IMG/VR virus record: IMGVR_UViG_3300031673_009915
Source of the DNA: a virus
Direction: 5' to 3' (one strand)
DNA length: 64,000 bases
Each line of letters starts with the position of its first letter. Position 1 is the first letter of the stretch. Shown here piece after piece: positions 8,879 through 18,928 of this stretch. The position numbers were made by a program, and so were the translations under genes. The notes under the pieces are model-generated. The model was not told where the DNA came from. It was given only the letters and a program-made list of their open reading frames with translations, and ran no database searches.

Positions 8879-9421
8879 TCATATTATTGAAGCTGTGCTG
8901 GGTGTTGTAGTTGTTCTGCCCGCATTTGTTTTTGTAGAAACTTGTCTGTTTTGATTTGTATTTAAATTTTTAACTTTGATTGATAATTCTAATTCGATAT
9001 CTTGTAACATAACAATTTTAACAGATTGAAAACTAATTTGAACCATCAAACTATCCCCACTATCACTATCTCTTGCAACCGGCATATTAGCAATAATAAC
9101 ATCTTCATATGTATGTAATATAGTATATACTGTAACAATATTTTTTTCTTCCCATAACGAAACAAGAGCATCATAAGCATCTTGAGCTCGATTAGTAAAT
9201 ATAGTTCCCGCATTAACGGAAAAATTACTAATAACCCCTGTCATATTACCAGCACGCATTAAATTATGTACATGATCAGATATCACAGAACCATCTTCTA
9301 TAGAATGAGAAGATACATTACTTTGATGTATGTGATCTTCTGTGACGATTATATCAAAAGATATTTCTCCTACTCCATATATTTTATTTTCTTTAAAAAA
9401 TAAACTTGCCGGTAACGCCAT
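8879..9421 (-). CDS. hypothetical tail protein following the tape measure (XkdP / Mu gp43 position)
   Basis: 180-aa ORF 2 nt downstream of the tape-measure stop. Confidence 0.45.
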   Translation of the reverse strand: MALPASLFFKENKIYGVGEISFDIIVTEDHIHQSNVSSHSIEDGSVISDHVHNLMRAGNMTGVISNFSVNAGTIFTNRAQDAYDALVSLWEEKNIVTVYTILHTYEDVIIANMPVARDSDSGDSLMVQISFQSVKIVMLQDIELELSIKVKNLNTNQNRQVSTKTNAGRTTTTPSTASII

Positions 9422-9423
9422 TT

Positions 9424-10980
9424 TTAATATCCTGCATTTATTAAAATTTTTTGTAATTCTACAGTAAAAACACTTTTTGCAGCTTCTCCCACACCTCCTG
9501 TTGGACCTGCTGCGGTTGTCATAGCTATTTTATTATTCATTGTAATGTTTGCCGTTCTATTTTCAAGAGAACCGCTTTCAAGACCTTTTGTAACACTCGG
9601 AGGTGTTATAGGTTCTCCTTCCATTCCTACTAATTCAGCCAACCATCCAAATAAATCTCTTAATCCATCGATAATATAAGATATTTTTTCAGCCATCCAT
9701 TCGAGAGGTACTGTGACAGCACTGAGTACTGTATTAAAAAGAAAATCGATTGATTTTCCTAATAAATCAAATAAAGGCATCAATTTTTCAAGCATCCAAA
9801 TAGTTGGTTCAAGTAAAAAAGCCAATAATTTGAAAGCTACTGCTAATTGATTTCCTATTACATGCGCTATTTGTGCTAATATTCTTATAAAAGGACGTAA
9901 TATTGGCATAAATAAACTAAATAGTTTTCCTAAAATTTTAAATACTAAACCCAAAGCTTGAAATAATGGAAATAAAGCTTCTAATACTTCAAAAACAAAA
10001 TTTAATATTTCACCAAATAATTCAAAGATAGGCAATAACATTTCTATAAATGGAATTAAAATAGTTCCCAATATTTTAACAATAACTTTTATTATAGAAA
10101 CAAATATTTTTAAAATAGGATTTAATGTTTTTAATATAGGTTGTAATAAACTTACAACAAGATTTAATATTGGAACTAAGGCTTCTGTAAGAATCTGAAT
10201 AAATTCTTTTAAAGGCCCTTGAACTAGTTTTGTGATTGTTTCTACAAGCAATTTCATTGTGGGTAAAAAAGTTGTTCCTACTTCTGCTAACAGCAATTTA
10301 AAATTATCTTTCATTGTAGAAACAAGTCCCATAAAAGTCAGACTTTGTTTTTTCATTCCTTCAAAAAACATTCCTCCAGCACTTGTCATAGTCTCAAATG
10401 CTTTTTGTACATCTACAGAAGAAACTTGTCCTTTTGATACCATTTTTCTTATTTCAGCTACAGTCACACCGCGTAATTCTGCTAATTGTTTAAATATACC
10501 AATTCCTCTATCCTGGATCATATTTAATGTTTCCCCTGTTGCTTTTCCTTCAGCTTGTATTCTTCCAAATGCAGTGGAAAGAGTCATTATGTTTTCTGCG
10601 TTGCCTTTTGCAGTATCCCCCAGCATTTTCATTGTATCAATGACTTTATTAGATTCTATTCCATATGACAATAATGTTTGCGTTCCTTTAGCTAAATCTG
10701 TTAAAGAAAAAGGCGTTTCTGCAGCAAATTTTGTTAAATCTTTCATCATTATTTCTGCTTTTTCCGCACTCCCCAACATGACTTCAAATTGAGTTGTAAG
10801 CATTTCCATTTCTGACGCAGCATCGACAGCCATTTTTCCTATTGCAAGAATTCCTGTAGCTATTCCTATAATAGCAAATTTCATTTTTTTAGACATTTTT
10901 TCAGTGCGAGTTTCAGCTCTTTTTGCGGAAGCTTCATCCACTTTAAATCCAATTTTAGTAATAAGTTCGCGCACTGTCAT
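9424..10980 (-). CDS. tail tape measure protein
   Basis: 518 aa. The N-terminal part is helical, followed by a long L/I/F-rich helical/hydrophobic centre. The gene directly follows the chaperone pair with an ATGA overlap. Confidence 0.85.
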   Translation of the reverse strand: MTVRELITKIGFKVDEASAKRAETRTEKMSKKMKFAIIGIATGILAIGKMAVDAASEMEMLTTQFEVMLGSAEKAEIMMKDLTKFAAETPFSLTDLAKGTQTLLSYGIESNKVIDTMKMLGDTAKGNAENIMTLSTAFGRIQAEGKATGETLNMIQDRGIGIFKQLAELRGVTVAEIRKMVSKGQVSSVDVQKAFETMTSAGGMFFEGMKKQSLTFMGLVSTMKDNFKLLLAEVGTTFLPTMKLLVETITKLVQGPLKEFIQILTEALVPILNLVVSLLQPILKTLNPILKIFVSIIKVIVKILGTILIPFIEMLLPIFELFGEILNFVFEVLEALFPLFQALGLVFKILGKLFSLFMPILRPFIRILAQIAHVIGNQLAVAFKLLAFLLEPTIWMLEKLMPLFDLLGKSIDFLFNTVLSAVTVPLEWMAEKISYIIDGLRDLFGWLAELVGMEGEPITPPSVTKGLESGSLENRTANITMNNKIAMTTAAGPTGGVGEAAKSVFTVELQKILINAGY

Positions 10981-11662
10981 TTTTTAAACCTATTTTTTTT
11001 ATTCATATCATCCATTTGTTTTTTATGATAAGCATCTTGAGCTATTTTATAATCTTGTTTCATATCTAATAAATCACATACTTTATATATTTCTTGTAAA
11101 GACCATGTTTCTAATTCATTTTTAGATAATCTACATTCTATTATTAACCTCCAAAAAGGCCATTCACTTTCTAATTCTTCCTCTAATTTTCCTACATTTC
11201 CTATTCTATTCCAGATTCTTTTTCCTTCAACATCAGCCCGTCGTAAAAAAATGTTTTGAATATTTCTCCGCCACCCCCCACCAACTCGAAAGGGGAAAAT
11301 TTATTATATTTCATTATTTCAAAAATAAGTTTATAAATACAAATAATATCCCCCTGAAAAATTATATTAATTTTATCTGAAGTTATCTGTTCTGGAGGAG
11401 TATTATCCTTCATGTATATTGTAGTTGATAAAATATCAATAATAAATTTTTCAAATTCCGTATCTGCCATTTCATTCAAAGATTGAGATAAAGAATGAAG
11501 CATTTTGCCAAAATTCAATTTTTCATCCATTCCTTTAAATTCACTCAGCATAGGCAGCAACATTGTGATAATTTTTTTATCTAGTTTTAATGCTTTTAAT
11601 GCGGGCAAAGGACTACTTTTGAATTTCTTATTATTTATTTCTACTTCTAAATAATCTATCAT
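10977..11662 (-). CDS. tail assembly chaperone, long form via putative -1 programmed frameshift
   Basis: The -1 frame is open from about 11258 to TGA at 10977-10979 without its own ATG (..GKLEEELESEWPFWRLIIECRLSKNELETWSLQEIYKVCDLLDMKQDYK..). Candidate slippery runs are T7 (plus-strand A7 at 11245-11251) and GGAAAAAG (11218-11225). Confidence 0.5.
11201..11662 (-). CDS. tail assembly chaperone, short form (XkdN / gpG-like)
   Basis: 153 aa, located between the tube and tape-measure genes, followed by a startless -1 frame extension. Confidence 0.6.
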   Translation of the reverse strand: MIDYLEVEINNKKFKSSPLPALKALKLDKKIITMLLPMLSEFKGMDEKLNFGKMLHSLSQSLNEMADTEFEKFIIDILSTTIYMKDNTPPEQITSDKINIIFQGDIICIYKLIFEIMKYNKFSPFELVGGGGEIFKTFFYDGLMLKEKESGIE

Positions 11663-12093
11663 AAAATATTACCACCTATAAATAATTCAGCCACTCCAGT
11701 ATCAAAAACCCACTCTCTTCCAGACAAAGAATCGGAATATTCGAGATTGGGAGATGCTGCTATCCATGCCTGTGGAGCATAAAAAAGCATTGTTCCATTC
11801 AAATCTTGAATTCGAAAAAAGAATTTTCCCGCATTTGACAACATATCAGCTGTCATTATTCCTGATAAAATATCATTAGTTATACTGCTTTGTTTAAGTG
11901 TGACTGTTATGCGAAAATCAAATGCATTTTTATTTATTCGATCTATTCCTCCATCAGCCCCTTTAGATTTTTCAAATATATCTCCACTTCGTTCTGCTGA
12001 TATAAAAGTACCTTCTTGATATCCGGTAAACGGAACAGATCCAAAATTAGCTATAATCAATTTTGGATCATATGTACGAACAATAGCATCCAT
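11659..12093 (-). CDS. tail tube protein
   Basis: 144 aa, immediately downstream of the sheath gene (XkdM-like position and size). Confidence 0.65.
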   Translation of the reverse strand: MDAIVRTYDPKLIIANFGSVPFTGYQEGTFISAERSGDIFEKSKGADGGIDRINKNAFDFRITVTLKQSSITNDILSGIMTADMLSNAGKFFFRIQDLNGTMLFYAPQAWIAASPNLEYSDSLSGREWVFDTGVAELFIGGNIL

Positions 12094-12122
12094 AATTTTT
12101 ATCCCTCCTTATTTTATTATTT

Positions 12123-13469
12123 TTAAACGGTAACAATTCCATTTATTTCTACTGTATGGATTGCTCCTTGTAAAACAGCCGTAAATTTTATATCTGGTAA
12201 ATTTCTATTTAATTTATCAGCTTGGGATATTTCACTAGCTTTTGGAAAAGTTACCACAATAGTTTCTCTTACAAGAAGACCTTGATCAGCTCCTTCATAT
12301 AAAACACCAGCAACTGTTCCTACTATGATCGCAATTCCTTCATCTGTAAGTGAAATTTTTCGAACATTTATCAAATTTGTAAAAATTTCTTCTTGTAACC
12401 GAGCTTCTAACCAATCCACACCTCTTATTATATCTATATATTCTCCTCCAGCAACTTTACCTTCTTCTGTTATATTTACCCCTGCTGTAGTTGTGTATAT
12501 ATTACAATTTTTTCCAAGAATTGCAGAACGTTCTCCTGATGTCAATCCATATGGAGCAACTCCGGCTATTGTTTTATATGCCCATGTTTGCGAACCCGGG
12601 TCATAAGGAAGGCATTCTCCGGGTATTCCTGATTCAAGATAAGAAGGTGCTACATCACCCTGAGCATCAGTATGATATATAGAACAAGTTCTACTATAAG
12701 CTAGATTTTTCATAAAAAAAGCTATGTCAGAAGTAGAAACCGGATTTTTTATTGCTGAACTTGAAGAACAATAAAAAAATATTTTCTTTTGTGTTTCTGT
12801 CCAACTCGCAACTGCTTTATAATCATCTTCATTCACATATGTAATTGAACCGACTGGCTGGGCACCCCCTCCTGTTACTATCACACTAATAGAATCAACT
12901 CCCGTAAAAATTTCTATAATTAAAGTACGATTATTTGGATCGGAACTATCTATTGTCACAAGAGAATCTGATATATCAATCTCAATTTGTGTTTTTATAT
13001 CTGCCATCGTATCCGCTTGCGTTGTATTAAATAGAATCTGAGTTACAGCTGTTCCATTTATAGTGAAATCAATTAAATTTCCAGTTTCAAAATCACTGTC
13101 AAACACAATTGTTCCTGCTTGCGATGCTATTATTAAAAAACAATACCAATCTTGAGTAGCTGATTGTATTGTGGTAAGAGTTTCTGACCAATCATCATCG
13201 CCACTATCCTTTCTACCAATCATTATCTTATCTAATTTTGGATTCTGACTAAACACAATGACTGCTGCATCATATTCAGGATCACCTACACCCCAACCAT
13301 CATCAGACATTTCAATAATACCAGCATAGTATCGATATCGATCAAATTCAACAGTTGTTTTATTTGATGGAAATTCTGAAATTATTGCAAGAGTACCAAA
13401 ACTTGCTCTTGTAATTGCTTGCGTTTGTCTGTCAATAACGACTTTAACAATGTCATTTAAATTACTCAC
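12123..13469 (-). CDS. contractile tail sheath protein
   Basis: 448 aa, first gene of the sheath-tube-chaperone-TMP order. Confidence 0.8.
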   Translation of the reverse strand: MSNLNDIVKVVIDRQTQAITRASFGTLAIISEFPSNKTTVEFDRYRYYAGIIEMSDDGWGVGDPEYDAAVIVFSQNPKLDKIMIGRKDSGDDDWSETLTTIQSATQDWYCFLIIASQAGTIVFDSDFETGNLIDFTINGTAVTQILFNTTQADTMADIKTQIEIDISDSLVTIDSSDPNNRTLIIEIFTGVDSISVIVTGGGAQPVGSITYVNEDDYKAVASWTETQKKIFFYCSSSSAIKNPVSTSDIAFFMKNLAYSRTCSIYHTDAQGDVAPSYLESGIPGECLPYDPGSQTWAYKTIAGVAPYGLTSGERSAILGKNCNIYTTTAGVNITEEGKVAGGEYIDIIRGVDWLEARLQEEIFTNLINVRKISLTDEGIAIIVGTVAGVLYEGADQGLLVRETIVVTFPKASEISQADKLNRNLPDIKFTAVLQGAIHTVEINGIVTV

Positions 13470-13481
13470 GTTATTATCCTC

Positions 13482-13973
13482 CTATAAAATATTTTGAATC
13501 AATTCAACATCATCAATCCAACTTGAATATTCTTCTGTTTGAGTTGCTATACCTAAACGTAATTCTACCACGGCTTCTCTAGTCCAATCATTTGAATCTA
13601 AGCGAGGAATTATTCTAATCTGTTCTTGTCCTAAATAAGAAACTTGATTTTTTTGAAATAATTCTTTTATTTCAGCTCTGTCTACAGAATCAATTATCAT
13701 CTGTAATTTATCTCCGTTTCCTCCTTCTTCCCATAATTGAATTCTAATTAAATAATCAGAAATAATTTTAGATATTCCTTTATCATTAACAGATGTTTTA
13801 CTTCCTGTTCCTATCCTTGTCTTATCTCCAGCATATTCAATAACAATATAAGGTTCTTTCGGAGCAGGAGCATTTTGATGACTTTGAATAATATCAATAT
13901 CTAATAAATTTTCCACATTTAAAATCTGATTTATCCAATTTCTTAGAAATAAATATAATGTATTACTATTCAC
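13482..13973 (-). CDS. neck / tail terminator-like protein (DUF3168-like by eye)
   Basis: 163 aa with ..HQNAPAPKEPYIVIEY.. Located between the head-completion genes and the sheath. Confidence 0.4.
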   Translation of the reverse strand: MNSNTLYLFLRNWINQILNVENLLDIDIIQSHQNAPAPKEPYIVIEYAGDKTRIGTGSKTSVNDKGISKIISDYLIRIQLWEEGGNGDKLQMIIDSVDRAEIKELFQKNQVSYLGQEQIRIIPRLDSNDWTREAVVELRLGIATQTEEYSSWIDDVELIQNIL

Positions 13974-14304
13974 GTAATTCCCCTATATATTTATAATGAT
14001 TTATTAAATCATTTTGATAAGATGCTTCATCAATCAATTCCCATTTTTTATTTTGCCAGGATATAACCGCTCCTTTAATATCTCCTCCTTCATTACTTAC
14101 AGGCAGCTGTGTATCACTATACACTTTTACTTTTCCCGTATCTTTTCGTCCGATATTTAAAGATTGCACTTCTTTCCATGTCAAAGGTTGAACAGAACCC
14201 ATAAAAATATTTTCGATATCAGACCCAGATAACCATATACCATCTGAATTATATCCTCCAATATTATACTGATATGAAATCGGTTTAGGAAAAAGAGTAC
14301 TCAT
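13966..14304 (-). CDS. hypothetical head-tail joining protein
   Basis: 112-aa ORF in the neck block with overlapping boundaries. Confidence 0.4.
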   Translation of the reverse strand: MSTLFPKPISYQYNIGGYNSDGIWLSGSDIENIFMGSVQPLTWKEVQSLNIGRKDTGKVKVYSDTQLPVSNEGGDIKGAVISWQNKKWELIDEASYQNDLINHYKYIGELRE

Positions 14305-14828
14305 TTTAGCACCTCTTTGTGACGAATAGAATTTAATAATTCAGCCGTATCAATCAATGGTTTAGTACTCCCTTTTGTTTTCATAGTAAAAGAACTGTTT
14401 GGAGCAAATCCTCCTTTAAGAATCGTTATTTTGATAAGGCCTGAATACCATTCTCCTAAACGTGATAAAGCTTTTTTTGCTGTTTGTTTTATTTCTGTTA
14501 TTTTAAAATATTCTTTGTATATTTGTTTATATATCAATGTTTTATTCTTATCAAAAGTCTTTTTCATAAATGGTCTGGATGGAATACGAATTGTCTTTTT
14601 TTTAAGAAATACACCAAATTTAAAAGCCATAAATCCTTTCATTTTTTTAGTCACAGGTATAGTAGCTCCATACTCATTTACAATAGCTCTTGTAGCAATG
14701 TCAGTTGTTGGATTTCCATTAGATGTAAAATAACCTACTGTTGTATAACTTTTACTAAATTTTTTAGTTTCTTTTAGAATGAATTTCCATCCTAAATCTT
14801 TATCTTTTAATTTTGTATTTATTTTCAT
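14301..14828 (-). CDS. HK97 gp10-like tail-completion/neck protein
   Basis: Motifs IVNEYGATIPV ... IPSRPFMKKTFD resemble the hEfGt...ParPF signature of the HK97 gp10 family. Confidence 0.55.
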   Translation of the reverse strand: MKINTKLKDKDLGWKFILKETKKFSKSYTTVGYFTSNGNPTTDIATRAIVNEYGATIPVTKKMKGFMAFKFGVFLKKKTIRIPSRPFMKKTFDKNKTLIYKQIYKEYFKITEIKQTAKKALSRLGEWYSGLIKITILKGGFAPNSSFTMKTKGSTKPLIDTAELLNSIRHKEVLK

Positions 14829-15184
14829 AAAGATTTACCTGTTACTTCTATCATAAATCCTTTCTGATTTCTCAATCTTAAAAATTGTCTTCCATATCCT
14901 GTCTGAATCAAATCATCATCTCCTTTTCCAGAAATGGTCGGAGCTGAGTAAGAGACAGATAAATCACCCTCTCTCTTACTCGTAATAGCTCCTGATCCAT
15001 TTGTATATGAAGAATTAGTATTGACTGTGATTAAATGAGCCGTCAAATATGCTGCTGCTAATTCATAAGTATCACCAAACCAATCACGATTTACTTGCAA
15101 AGTAGCAATAAATATAAAATCATTTCTACTAGCAATTGAATCGAATTGAGGAGCGATTGTGTGCAACAACGACGAAATACTCAT
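14825..15184 (-). CDS. head-tail connector / head completion protein (DUF4054-like by eye)
   Basis: 119 aa with ..APQFDSI.. and ..AAAYLTAHLITV.. motifs, downstream of the capsid gene block. Confidence 0.45.
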   Translation of the reverse strand: MSISSLLHTIAPQFDSIASRNDFIFIATLQVNRDWFGDTYELAAAYLTAHLITVNTNSSYTNGSGAITSKREGDLSVSYSAPTISGKGDDDLIQTGYGRQFLRLRNQKGFMIEVTGKSL

Positions 15185-15367
15185 TTAATTCTCCAATACC
15201 AACCTTTTACAAGATATATCATCACTCATTTTATTTTTAATAACTTTCAAAAGAGAATCATTTATATTCAATGATTCTCCAGGAACTAAATGAAGCGATG
15301 CCGAAACATTTTCATCTTTTAATTCTATTCTTTTATCTTTTTTTCCTTCCCATCTTATTGAAATCAT
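15185..15367 (-). CDS. hypothetical small protein
   Basis: 60-aa ORF packed between neighbouring late genes. Confidence 0.4.
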   Translation of the reverse strand: MISIRWEGKKDKRIELKDENVSASLHLVPGESLNINDSLLKVIKNKMSDDISCKRLVLEN

Positions 15368-15369
15368 TA

Positions 15370-15747
15370 TTATCTATCTCCCTGTGTTTTTATTGTAGGA
15401 GAATTGATTTCTTCTGTTTGATTATAAAGGATAGCTCTTACTTCGTCTCGTCCTTCTTCTTCCTGCCAATTTTGAAGAGTATCCAAATCAAAAGTATTTT
15501 TTATCACTTCTTTTGCTTTCTTTGCAGATAATTGTTTTATATTTTTTATCTTTTTTCCATCTTCGAGAATCTCTTCAATTAAACCTGTATCAAGTTTATC
15601 TTGTAGATTCTTTTTTGCCAATTCCCAGTCTGCTTCCTCTATTTGATTATTTCCGGGAAGTAATTGAAGATATTTTATTATTATCTCATCTTTTATGACA
15701 GGAATAACTAAAACACCCGCCTGTGGTTTTTTCCAATTTATTATCAT
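15370..15747 (-). CDS. hypothetical head-associated protein (125 aa)
   Basis: Start trimmed to MIINWKK.., which is preceded by AAAGGAGG. The longer ORF (to 15831) would overlap the capsid gene. Confidence 0.5.
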   Translation of the reverse strand: MIINWKKPQAGVLVIPVIKDEIIIKYLQLLPGNNQIEEADWELAKKNLQDKLDTGLIEEILEDGKKIKNIKQLSAKKAKEVIKNTFDLDTLQNWQEEEGRDEVRAILYNQTEEINSPTIKTQGDR

Positions 15748-15761
15748 TTGTAAGCCTCCTT

Positions 15762-16679
15762 TTATATTCCATCTCCAAATGCTACAGATTGAGGATAATA
15801 AATAATTATTCCACCATATTCTGCATGACAAGGAATTATATACTCCATACCTTTTAAATTTGCTTCAAGTTGTTCAAAAGATTGTGGTATTTCCATTGTT
15901 AAATTATTTGGGTCTTTTACATAAGCCATTATTCTATCTGTTGCTCCTGCACCTGCTCCAGCAAGTTCATCAACAATTTCAATAGATACTCCTGGATTAT
16001 TATTTTTAAAATAATTTAAAATTGTATTTGTATTTCCATCTGTCATTCTTCGATCTTTTATATCATTATACTGAGTTCGTGCAATAATTATCTGTGATAC
16101 ATCTTCTCGGCCTTTTGTTGGAACAGAAACTGCACTCATCAAACCCGTTAAATCTTGTATTATTTCATCGGGTGTTTTAGTACTCCAAGTTTTAAAAGTA
16201 GAAGCTCCGACGGGAATTGTAAATTCAGTTATTCCTGGATAATTAAAAAATCCCTGAATATTAAAATTCTCATCTCCATACCAAGCTAATTTATCTTGAA
16301 GTTCTTCCATTGCTCTTTTTGCAGCATTAGCTTTTCGTGTATTTAATTGTACACCAGCCATTTGTGCTCTTCTAATCTCTTTCAAATTATAACCATAACT
16401 ATCTCCCATAGAGCGTACTTTGCTCTGATTTTCTACCGCATACACATCTACGCGTGGAAAATCTTCTGCATAATCAGCAATAATTTTAGCTATTCCGGCC
16501 CGGCTCCAAGAATACCAAATTATAAAATCTGCTCCTGCATTTACTTCTGTACTAACAGGAATAAGCATTTTAGCTTTTAAATTTCTATATTTAACATCAT
16601 ATGTTCTAGATTTAATATATTCAAGTTGTCTCTTGAAAAAAGCTGTCTCTGCCGCATCTAATCGCATTACATCTTTCAT
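15762..16679 (-). CDS. major capsid protein (HK97-fold, DUF2184-like)
   Basis: 305 aa. N-terminal LDAAETAFFKRQLEYIKSRTYDVKY pattern. Located after the scaffold and decoration genes. Confidence 0.8.
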   Translation of the reverse strand: MKDVMRLDAAETAFFKRQLEYIKSRTYDVKYRNLKAKMLIPVSTEVNAGADFIIWYSWSRAGIAKIIADYAEDFPRVDVYAVENQSKVRSMGDSYGYNLKEIRRAQMAGVQLNTRKANAAKRAMEELQDKLAWYGDENFNIQGFFNYPGITEFTIPVGASTFKTWSTKTPDEIIQDLTGLMSAVSVPTKGREDVSQIIIARTQYNDIKDRRMTDGNTNTILNYFKNNNPGVSIEIVDELAGAGAGATDRIMAYVKDPNNLTMEIPQSFEQLEANLKGMEYIIPCHAEYGGIIIYYPQSVAFGDGI

Positions 16680-16697
16680 TTATTTATTCCTCCTTAA

Positions 16698-17444
16698 TTA
16701 AAATAATCCTGAATAAGTCATTTCTTTTCTAATACTGTCTATTTCTAATCGAACAAGAGCAGAAGCAGACGCATTACTTTTATATATAGCTGGTAACTCA
16801 ATTCCTGAATTAAACCATTTACCAAAATTAGCACCCGCTGTGTTATATACATAAGCTTCATCGTTCGCCTTTACAGTAGTTCCGGATTCAACCCAGATAC
16901 CGCCTTCTGTACACACATTAAGAGCATCATATTGTTCATATAATCCCGAAGAATTCTGCGCAAACACAGAAACTCCTAAAAATACTTGACTAGAATCATA
17001 TGTAATAGTTGTAGTAGGCTGACTGCCTGCTCCTGTTGTTACACTTGATACAGTTGCCTCCTGTCCTTTTGTCTGAATTAAAATAGTTAAATTATTTACA
17101 TCATTTGCATCTAGCACCGCACTAACTCCATCAAGAGCGTTAATAGCTGCTGTGAGAGCATTTATAGTAATAAGATGAGTTGTATCAAATACAACAGGAT
17201 CAGTATCTATTTCATTTACAGTCACAACCGTACTATTATCTGCTATAAATTCTGTACTATATACTATTTTTCCAGTATCAAGATGGAAATTATATGCGTG
17301 AATTTCATCTCCTATATAACCAAATACAGGCTTAGCAAATTCAATTCCATTTTCTTCTGCACAGGCCCATCCCCCCTCAATTTTTCTATTGAGTCCATAA
17401 AGGAGACCTTTTATCGCAGTATCAATATAATCATATGCTGGCAT
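16698..17444 (-). CDS. head decoration / accessory capsid protein (putative)
   Basis: 248 aa, located between the scaffold/protease and major capsid genes. Confidence 0.4.
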   Translation of the reverse strand: MPAYDYIDTAIKGLLYGLNRKIEGGWACAEENGIEFAKPVFGYIGDEIHAYNFHLDTGKIVYSTEFIADNSTVVTVNEIDTDPVVFDTTHLITINALTAAINALDGVSAVLDANDVNNLTILIQTKGQEATVSSVTTGAGSQPTTTITYDSSQVFLGVSVFAQNSSGLYEQYDALNVCTEGGIWVESGTTVKANDEAYVYNTAGANFGKWFNSGIELPAIYKSNASASALVRLEIDSIRKEMTYSGLF

Positions 17445-17447
17445 TTT

Positions 17448-18926
17448 TTATTCCTCCTCTTTTATTTTATTTGATTTCCATAAATTAGATTCATACGCAA
17501 CTTGTTTCTTATAAGCATCTCTAGAATCTAATTTATTTGAGCCTTCGTTTTCGATAGAATCTTTTTTGAATATTTCTGTAGATACTTCTTTTTGTATTTC
17601 TTCCAATCTTTCTACAGCTCCATCAAATCGAATGTTAACATAATTTTCATCTGCATTATCCAGTTTTTCTTTTGCTGTTGGATACAGTGATAAAATTATT
17701 TGTTTTTTGATTTCCAATTCAGTAGAATCTTCTTTGATTTCGATGTTTGCTTTTTTTGCAGCATCTAAAACTTGAATTCTTTGTTTGATAGAATCTTCTA
17801 TCAATTGAGGTATAGATTTTTTCAAATCTTCTGTCTCATTTTTAATTTGTTCAGAGTCTTCTTTAAATTTATCTCGCTCAGCTTCAAGTACAGTCTTATC
17901 CTTTTTAAAAGATTCTTCTTTTTCAAATAAATCATTTTTTAATTTTTCATTTTCTTCTTTCAAAAGAGTAAGAGATTGAATAACTTGAGGTTCTGCTTGA
18001 TAATCTACTCCATCAATCTTAATAATTTTGAAATTCATTGAATTTCCTCCTTCATCATTATAAATTTTTTTAGATTCCATTATTCCTATATTAACAGAAT
18101 CAAATTTCATCACAGCGGCATCTCCTGCCCTGCCTTTTTTGGTCATTGCAATATGATTGTATTTTACGTCTCTTTGAATAGCATCATAATGGACACCCAT
18201 CCAATTACCAGATTTATTTTCAATTCTTGCTGCATATCCACAACTCAAAGCTCTCTTTCCTCCTTGAGCCTCTCCTATAGCATTTCCATCTGTAATAATA
18301 ATAGGTGTAGATATATGATAAGAATCATTTTTAACATCTTCCCCAGAAAATCCTATTTGAAATTGTCTAATGTTATCCCCATCAATTTTTTCTGCTTGAT
18401 GTTCGTTTATTATAGGTAACATTTTCAGACTATTTATAGAATCCGGTTTAAAAATTTCTTCCGGAGGACGAAGTTCATAAGTAATAGACCCGTCCATTTT
18501 TCTATAAGGAAAGACTCCAATATTTGTGACAATGGCCCTTCCTTTTAAATATCCTTCCGGTGTCAATTTAAATTTTTCTACCATCCCTCCTTCCAAAGCG
18601 TTTTCGCAAGGCCACTCCATTTGATCTATTCTTTCAAACATAATTTCATCAATTCGATTCTCATAAAAAGTATCTATTTCATCTATTTTTTCACTTGCTT
18701 CTTCAAACATAATAGATTTTAAATCATGTTCTTCTAACCATTTTTTTGCAGCTGTAACAGTAAATTTTTCTTTCGGAAATCTATAAGCTTGTACAGTAGA
18801 AGAAGTCTCCCCTTTTAATTTTCCACCATACAACATAACACCATTCGGTAATGTTTCTAAAACAACAATATTTTGAAATTTATTTGGTTCTATTATTCTT
18901 GCTGCATGAAAATTTGGATAAGGCAT
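17448..18926 (-). CDS. prohead protease/scaffolding protein (DUF2213-like) with coiled-coil C-terminus
   Basis: 492 aa with ..GVFPYRKMDGSITYELRPPEEIF..LPIINEHQ.. The C-terminal 150 aa are K/E-rich coiled coil, typical of scaffolds. Confidence 0.6.
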   Translation of the reverse strand: MPYPNFHAARIIEPNKFQNIVVLETLPNGVMLYGGKLKGETSSTVQAYRFPKEKFTVTAAKKWLEEHDLKSIMFEEASEKIDEIDTFYENRIDEIMFERIDQMEWPCENALEGGMVEKFKLTPEGYLKGRAIVTNIGVFPYRKMDGSITYELRPPEEIFKPDSINSLKMLPIINEHQAEKIDGDNIRQFQIGFSGEDVKNDSYHISTPIIITDGNAIGEAQGGKRALSCGYAARIENKSGNWMGVHYDAIQRDVKYNHIAMTKKGRAGDAAVMKFDSVNIGIMESKKIYNDEGGNSMNFKIIKIDGVDYQAEPQVIQSLTLLKEENEKLKNDLFEKEESFKKDKTVLEAERDKFKEDSEQIKNETEDLKKSIPQLIEDSIKQRIQVLDAAKKANIEIKEDSTELEIKKQIILSLYPTAKEKLDNADENYVNIRFDGAVERLEEIQKEVSTEIFKKDSIENEGSNKLDSRDAYKKQVAYESNLWKSNKIKEEE

Positions 18927-18928
18927 TT

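Noticed and set aside
10232-10792. 186-aa antisense ORF inside the tape-measure gene, and similar antisense ORFs in structural genes (3045-3254, 4089-4418, 5683-5962, 7104-7377, 7872-8108, 12325-12682, 14431-14777, 16347-16580, 17175-17474, 18153-18419)
   Set aside because: All are nested antisense to long, well-supported late genes in an AT-rich genome where the reverse frames are stop-poor. They have no RBS and no recognisable content.
15748-15831. N-terminal extension of the 15370 ORF overlapping the major capsid gene
   Set aside because: The internal ATG at 15747 is preceded by AAAGGAGG and removes the 70-nt overlap. The extension translates to implausible sequence (MSCRIWWNNYLL..).
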